The notes under the pieces: generated by a model
What the model saw: only the letters and a program-made list of their open reading frames with translations
What the model was told of the DNA's origin: nothing
Databases searched by the model: none
Program-made: the position numbers and the translations under genes
Part shown: piece after piece, positions 59,019 through 64,000 of the stretch
Position numbering within the stretch: position 1 is the stretch's first letter
Layout of the letters: each line of letters begins with the position of its first letter
Assembly: GCA_903944345.1 (NCBI GenBank)
Contig: CAJARJ010000011.1
Coordinates: 3,460-67,459 of the forward strand
Direction of reading: 5' to 3'
DNA from: Candidatus Omnitrophota bacterium
Lineage (GTDB): Bacteria; Omnitrophota; Gorgyraeia; Zapsychrales; Fredricksoniimonadaceae
DNA length: 64,000 nt

Positions 59019-60281
59019 TCAGGACAAAGCCTGCCGCGAAATCAGATTCAAAAGCATGCCTTGCAACCGGGGGTTCTTCAGTTTCCCGGTCACATCATCA
59101 ACAAACCCGGAAATCAGCATATTCAACGCTTCTTCCCTGACAATCGCCCGGGATAAAAGATAAAACAACTGATCCTCATCCAACTGGCCTATTGTCGCGC
59201 CATGGGTGCAACGAACATCGTCTGCCATAATTTCCAGTTGAGGCTTGGTGTCCACCCGGGCCTCAGAACTCAAAAGGAGGTTTCGGTTAAGCTGATAGGC
59301 GCTGGTTTTCTGAGCTTCCCGACGGACAATTACCTTGCCGTTAAAGATCGAATGTGATTCCTCGCGCAAAATGCTCTTATAAAGCTGGGTACTGGTCGCG
59401 TCGGGAGCGATATGCTCTACGCAGGTATGGCTGTCGGCATGAGCCGTACCGGCAAGGGCATGCAGGCCATTGACCGCCGCCTGAGCTCCCGGCTCTGTAA
59501 GGAGAACCGAAAGGTTGTCACGAACAAGTGCCCCGCCATTGGTATAGAAAAACAGGTCTGACCGGCTGTCACGACTCTGATGAATCCGGGCTGAAGAAAT
59601 CTGGACGGCGGAAGAATGATGGACAAAAGCACGCAGATATTCGAGAGAAGCCCCTTCCTGCAGGAAAACATCTGCCACATTTGTGATAAAAAGCCCGCCA
59701 TCCCCTGCCAGAAAAGTTTCAGAAAGAACCAGAGAAGACCGCGCTTCAGCCAGCACACATATGCGAGGGAAGAAAGCCGCATCAGCCGCTCCGGTGTAAT
59801 AATGAAGAATATGACACTCCGCCGCTGCGTTCTTGTTCAGGCGCAGAAACACCGGAGCAGAAAAATACGCAAGATTCAGGGCAAACAAAGCAGGATGGTC
59901 ATTGGGCAGCGGCGCAAGAACCTTGGCCCGCAATGCTGCGGGCAAAAGGTCAAACCCTGCCGCAGAAGAGAAGAACTCCACTCCTGCCGGCAAACATGAA
60001 AGCCGTGGACAAAAACTGCCGTTAACAAAAACAACTGTATCCGGAGCAGGTGAAACGCCCTCGTCCGGCAAAACAGAAGAAGAGCCGTCCACAGCAGGAA
60101 TACGAAGCGTTCGCCTCCCCAGAAAAGAAGTATCGGTATATTTCCACTCTTCGTCTTTGCTGGCAGGCCATTCAGAGGAAAGAATCATGTCTCCGGCAGT
60201 TTTCCGGGCAGAAAGCAACCATTCAGGCCAGTTCTCAGTTTTGCGTCCGTCTTCCTGTTTTTCAAGAACAAAGTTTTTCAT
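59019..60281 (-). CDS. sufD: Fe-S assembly protein SufD
   Basis: EEWKYT, KPQLEI.ADDV.CTHGATIG. Confidence 0.94.
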   Translation of the reverse strand: MKNFVLEKQEDGRKTENWPEWLLSARKTAGDMILSSEWPASKDEEWKYTDTSFLGRRTLRIPAVDGSSSVLPDEGVSPAPDTVVFVNGSFCPRLSCLPAGVEFFSSAAGFDLLPAALRAKVLAPLPNDHPALFALNLAYFSAPVFLRLNKNAAAECHILHYYTGAADAAFFPRICVLAEARSSLVLSETFLAGDGGLFITNVADVFLQEGASLEYLRAFVHHSSAVQISSARIHQSRDSRSDLFFYTNGGALVRDNLSVLLTEPGAQAAVNGLHALAGTAHADSHTCVEHIAPDATSTQLYKSILREESHSIFNGKVIVRREAQKTSAYQLNRNLLLSSEARVDTKPQLEIMADDVRCTHGATIGQLDEDQLFYLLSRAIVREEALNMLISGFVDDVTGKLKNPRLQGMLLNLISRQALS

Positions 60282-60313
60282 AACACCCTGATATTTTCTT
60301 CGCCCGAAACGGC

Positions 60314-61069
60314 TCAGGCCTTGATCAGCCAGTCGTAGCCTCTGTTTTCTACCTCAAGAGCCAGCTCGGGCCCTCCCGATTTGATGATTCTTCCTTTATA
60401 AAGAATATGCACAAAATCGGGCCGAATATAATTCAAAAGACGCTGATAATGCGTAATGACCAGCATGGCATTGCGCTTGCCGCGCAGAACATTGACGCCG
60501 TTAGCCACAATTCTCATGGAATCGACATCCAGTCCGGAATCGGTTTCATCAAGAATAGACAAACGCGGATTAAGCACGGCCATCTGCAGAATCTCGTTGC
60601 GTTTTTTCTCTCCACCAGAAAAATCGACATTAACCGGGCGGTCGATATATTTTGCGTCCATATCAAGGATTTTCATCTTCTCCCGGACAAAAATGTCAAA
60701 ATCAATCGGATCCATCTCGGCCAACCCGTGATGACGCGCAACCGCATTATAGGCCGCCCGCAGAAAAAGTGCCGTGGACACCCCGGGAACTTCCACAGGA
60801 TACTGAAAGGCCAGAAAAATGCCTTCCCGGGCACGTTGGTCAGGCTCAAAGGCGGAAATATCCTTCATGGTTCCGCCAATATCAAACTCGATACTCCCTT
60901 TGTCCACCTTGTACTGCGGGTGTCCGGCCAAAATTTTGGAAAGAGTACTTTTGCCGGAACCGTTGGGTCCCATAATCGCATGTACCTCGCCAGCCTGCAC
61001 GGACAATGACAACCCCTGCAAAATCTGGTTGCCTTCCACGCTCGCATAAAGATCCCTGATATTCAGCAT
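60314..61069 (-). CDS. sufC: Fe-S assembly ATPase SufC
   Basis: GPNGSGKST, FSGGEKKR.E, LDETDSGLD, ITHYQR. Confidence 0.96.
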   Translation of the reverse strand: MLNIRDLYASVEGNQILQGLSLSVQAGEVHAIMGPNGSGKSTLSKILAGHPQYKVDKGSIEFDIGGTMKDISAFEPDQRAREGIFLAFQYPVEVPGVSTALFLRAAYNAVARHHGLAEMDPIDFDIFVREKMKILDMDAKYIDRPVNVDFSGGEKKRNEILQMAVLNPRLSILDETDSGLDVDSMRIVANGVNVLRGKRNAMLVITHYQRLLNYIRPDFVHILYKGRIIKSGGPELALEVENRGYDWLIKA

Positions 61070-61084
61070 AATTCGCCCCTTCAA

Positions 61085-62542
61085 TTACCCGACACTTCCT
61101 TCTAGCTTCATTTCAAGCAACTTGACCGCCTCCACCGCAAACTCAAGCGGCAGCTGCTTAAAGACTTCCTTACAAAAACCGTTAATAAGCAAAGAAATAG
61201 CTTCTTCTTTACTCATGCCGCGCGACTGGAGATAAAAAACCTGATCCGCACTGATGCGCGAGGTGCTGGCCTCATGTTCCAGTGTCGCCGAATTGTTTTC
61301 AACCTCAACATAAGGAAAAGTATTGGCGCTGCAATTGTTGCCAACCAGCATGGAGTCGCACTGGGAAAAATTACGGGCATTCTGCGCTGTAGGCAAAACC
61401 TTGACCAGCCCCCGGTAGCTGTTGCTGGAAAAATCAGAAGATATTCCCTTGGACACAATCGTGCTTCTGGTATTACGTCCGATATGGATCATTTTTGTTC
61501 CGGTATCAGCGACCATGCGGTTATTAGTCAGGGCAACCGAATAAAATTCACCCACCGAATTGTCTCCCAAAAGAATGCAGCTTGGATACTTCCAGGTAAT
61601 GGCTGAACCGGCCTCGACCTGGGTCCAGGATATCCTGGAATTACGTCCGGAGCATTTGCCGCGCTTGGTGACAAAATTGTAAATACCCCCGCGACCTTCC
61701 TTGTCGCCCGCATACCAGTTCTGAACCGTCGAATACTTGATCTGGGCATCGTCCAGAGCGATCAATTCAACCACGGCGGCATGCAGCTGGTTTTCATCGC
61801 GAACAGGAGCAGTGCACCCTTCCAGATAACTGACATAAGATCCCTTGTCGGCAACAAGAAGCGTTCGCTCAAACTGCCCGGTGTCTTTGGCATTAATCCG
61901 AAAATAAGTGGAAAGTTCCACCGGACAACGAACCCCCGGCGGAATATAACAAAAAGAACCATCTGTAAAAACAGCAGAATTAAGCGCAGCAAAGAAATTG
62001 TCCGTTACAGGAACAACGCTGCCCAGATACTTACGAACAAGGTCCGGGCACTTGGTCATGGCCTCGGAAATAGGACAGAAAATAATCCCCAGCTGCTCCA
62101 GTTCTTTCTGATGAGTGGTCCCGACAGAAACGCTGTCAAAAACCGCATCCACCGCCACTCCGGTCAGACGCTTCTGCTCACTCAAGGGAATGCCAAGTCG
62201 TTCAAATGTCCTGACAACTTCCTGATCAACCTCAGCGAGACTAGAAGGGCCTGAGGAAGACTTTTTGGGAGCGGAATAATAAGAAATCGACTGATAATCA
62301 ATGGGCGGATAACTGAAATGAGCCCAATGCGGCTCTTTCATCGTCAGCCAATGATCATAGGCCTTGAGTCGCCACTCAAGCATGAACTCCGGCTCATTCT
62401 TTTTTGCCGAAATAAACCTGATACGGTCTTTGTCCAGGCCTTTGGGAGCGCTATCGGCCCCCACATCGGTGACAAAACCGTACTGGTATTCGCCTGTCAG
62501 TCCTGATTCCGGCAATTTCCCGGATTCGTTTTTCTCTGGCAT
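61085..62542 (-). CDS. sufB: Fe-S assembly protein SufB
   Basis: [30 protein letters not shown]. Confidence 0.97.
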   Translation of the reverse strand: MPEKNESGKLPESGLTGEYQYGFVTDVGADSAPKGLDKDRIRFISAKKNEPEFMLEWRLKAYDHWLTMKEPHWAHFSYPPIDYQSISYYSAPKKSSSGPSSLAEVDQEVVRTFERLGIPLSEQKRLTGVAVDAVFDSVSVGTTHQKELEQLGIIFCPISEAMTKCPDLVRKYLGSVVPVTDNFFAALNSAVFTDGSFCYIPPGVRCPVELSTYFRINAKDTGQFERTLLVADKGSYVSYLEGCTAPVRDENQLHAAVVELIALDDAQIKYSTVQNWYAGDKEGRGGIYNFVTKRGKCSGRNSRISWTQVEAGSAITWKYPSCILLGDNSVGEFYSVALTNNRMVADTGTKMIHIGRNTRSTIVSKGISSDFSSNSYRGLVKVLPTAQNARNFSQCDSMLVGNNCSANTFPYVEVENNSATLEHEASTSRISADQVFYLQSRGMSKEEAISLLINGFCKEVFKQLPLEFAVEAVKLLEMKLEGSVG

Positions 62543-62545
62543 GGC

Positions 62546-62944
62546 TCAGATCATTTCCTTTACAGTGATTTCCCTGAAAACCTTGAGCATACGGGCATTA
62601 AGCCCCAGCATCGCATCTTTAAGTACACAATCTTCGGCCCGCTCACAAACAGGCGGTTGGCGACAGCAATCGGTCACAGCAAAAGGCCCGACTATCATAC
62701 CACTGAGATCATACAAGGAGAGCCCGGAGAAATCCTTCTCCTTACGGTAACCGCCGCAAGCCCCCTGCTCGGCAGACAACAACCCGTTTTGTGCCATAAT
62801 CTGCAAGACACGCGCTGTGGGATCAAAAGGAATCTTGTAACGGAGCGAAATCTGCTTGGCCGTAACAAGCTCTTGTCCCGGTCTTTCGTTGATATACTTA
62901 AGAGCAATCAAGGCGTACTTTATCTTTTTATGAATCTTGAACAT
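62546..62944 (-). CDS. Rrf2-family regulator (SUF-associated)
   Basis: YAL.AL, G..GGY, C-terminal Cys cluster CC....C....C. Confidence 0.9.
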   Translation of the reverse strand: MFKIHKKIKYALIALKYINERPGQELVTAKQISLRYKIPFDPTARVLQIMAQNGLLSAEQGACGGYRKEKDFSGLSLYDLSGMIVGPFAVTDCCRQPPVCERAEDCVLKDAMLGLNARMLKVFREITVKEMI

Positions 62945-62960
62945 AGCCGGAACCTTTACC

Positions 62961-63515
62961 TCAGGCGAGCTCCACAACTATGGCAGGATCAAACTGTTCC
63001 CTCAAAATATTCTGGATAGCGTAAAGTGTGCCCATTGCAGCATGCGGACAACAACCGCAAGCGCCCTGATAGCTGATCCTGAGCACCTTATCCTGCAAAT
63101 CAATCACCTGAAGGTCTCCGCCGTCATGCTGCAGGGCCGGACGGATTGTTCCATCGAGAATCTGCTCAATCCTTGCCAGGTCTCCGGTCAGCTTCGGAGC
63201 ACAACTTCCCGGGGCATCCAGCATAAAATCAGGATTATGCGCATCAATACCAGCAGAAATCACGTCCTTCAGCGACTTCTCAAGAACATCCCAATCCGCC
63301 AACCCGTCCTGGGTTACGGTGATAAAGGATCCGCTGAAATAAACATCCGTAACGTGCCCTACAGCGAGCAGAGCAGACGCCAGCGGGACGGACTCCGCGC
63401 GACTTTTATCGGAAGGCTTGAAGACCACGCTGTCCCGACTTTTGACCGGAACATCCAGAACAAATTTGAGAGCATTTGGATTAGGCGTTGGCTGCACTGA
63501 AATACGGATTGACAT
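62961..63515 (-). CDS. Nfu-type Fe-S carrier (Nfu_N + NifU)
   Basis: TPNPNALKF, IRPALQHDGGD, GACGCC. Confidence 0.92.
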   Translation of the reverse strand: MSIRISVQPTPNPNALKFVLDVPVKSRDSVVFKPSDKSRAESVPLASALLAVGHVTDVYFSGSFITVTQDGLADWDVLEKSLKDVISAGIDAHNPDFMLDAPGSCAPKLTGDLARIEQILDGTIRPALQHDGGDLQVIDLQDKVLRISYQGACGCCPHAAMGTLYAIQNILREQFDPAIVVELA

Positions 63516-63592
63516 AAAATCCCCTTCTTAAACTAGTAAAGATTTGTACGACGCGACTTTGAAAAACAAATTATCGCCGGAAAAGTATTTTT

Positions 63593-63631
63593 ATAGTACA
63601 CCGCTCTTATTAAGTCGTCAAGCGACTTAAT
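63593..63631 (-). promoter_or_regulatory. suf operon promoter with palindromic operator
   Basis: TTGACG (63622-63617), N18, TACTAT (63598-63593); ATTAAGTCG-N5-CGACTTAAT at 63609-63631. Confidence 0.65.
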
Positions 63632-63659
63632 TGGAATGGTGTGGTGCGTCATTCTGCAC

Positions 63660-64000
63660 TCAAGGCAAAGATTCCAAACACTTCAAAATCGAGCCAGCCG
63701 CTTTTTTTGCCATTCCCATCGCCTCAATAACAGTCCCCTCGCCACCCACCACATCTCCTCCCGCGTAAACTCCCTGAAGGGAGGTTCGCATGGTATGCGG
63801 ATCAACTGTAATATCCAGATTGCTGTTAACCTCAAGCCCCGGAGTCGCCCGAACAAGCACCTGGTTGGCGGTAAGACCTATCGCCACAATGGCCTGGTCG
63901 AAATCCAGAACAAAAACGCTGCCCGGAATTTCCTGGGGCCGACGACGGCCTCGGGCATCCGGCTCTCCCAAACGGCATCGCAGGCACTCCAAAGACTGCA
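63660..64000 (-). CDS. 3' end of GltD/NfnB-like FAD/NADPH oxidoreductase (begins beyond right edge)
   Basis: LGEPDARGRRRP, AIG, TS..GVYAGGD.V.G..TVI.AMG. Confidence 0.88.
   Translation of the reverse strand, partial: QSLECLRCRLGEPDARGRRRPQEIPGSVFVLDFDQAIVAIGLTANQVLVRATPGLEVNSNLDITVDPHTMRTSLQGVYAGGDVVGGEGTVIEAMGMAKKAAGSILKCLESLP

Overview
Bacterial chromosomal window, almost entirely on the minus strand; gene style suggests Ca. Omnitrophota (PVC group), which is an inference and cannot be confirmed without a search. The first ~18.6 kb holds four paralogs of an unnamed signal-peptide protein family. All four share a ~300-aa N-terminal domain, and the three complete ones also share a ~55-aa C-terminal 'GGID' domain. 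These enclose unrelated cargo: GHKL ATPase-like units plus a transglutaminase-like domain; a duplicated unknown domain; a GH77 + GH133 glycogen-debranching fusion. The fourth copy (1-726) is missed by the ORF track and runs off the left edge. A ~93-bp inverted-repeat element precedes two of the paralogs, and an A24 prepilin-type peptidase and a methyltransferase lie among them. Next come a MarR/aas/DUF2339 operon, a CDF transporter, a chemosensory cluster (CheA with two HPt domains and a MshEN-like motif, CheR, CheB, two tandem receivers, CheD-receiver fusion, MCP, CheW), a 5-PAS hybrid kinase and an NADH oxidase. A 2.8-kb integrase-less islet (SLT + lipoprotein + AAA ATPase, start-less HTH frame at the att site) is inserted in a duplicated tRNA-Ser 3' end. 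The rest is housekeeping: tRNA-Arg(ACG)-tadA-tRNA-Ser(GCT), EndoQ/UvrD, HisJ-type phosphatase, ispG/ispH/murB and an nfu-rrf2-sufBCDSU operon. No CRISPR array or rRNA was seen.
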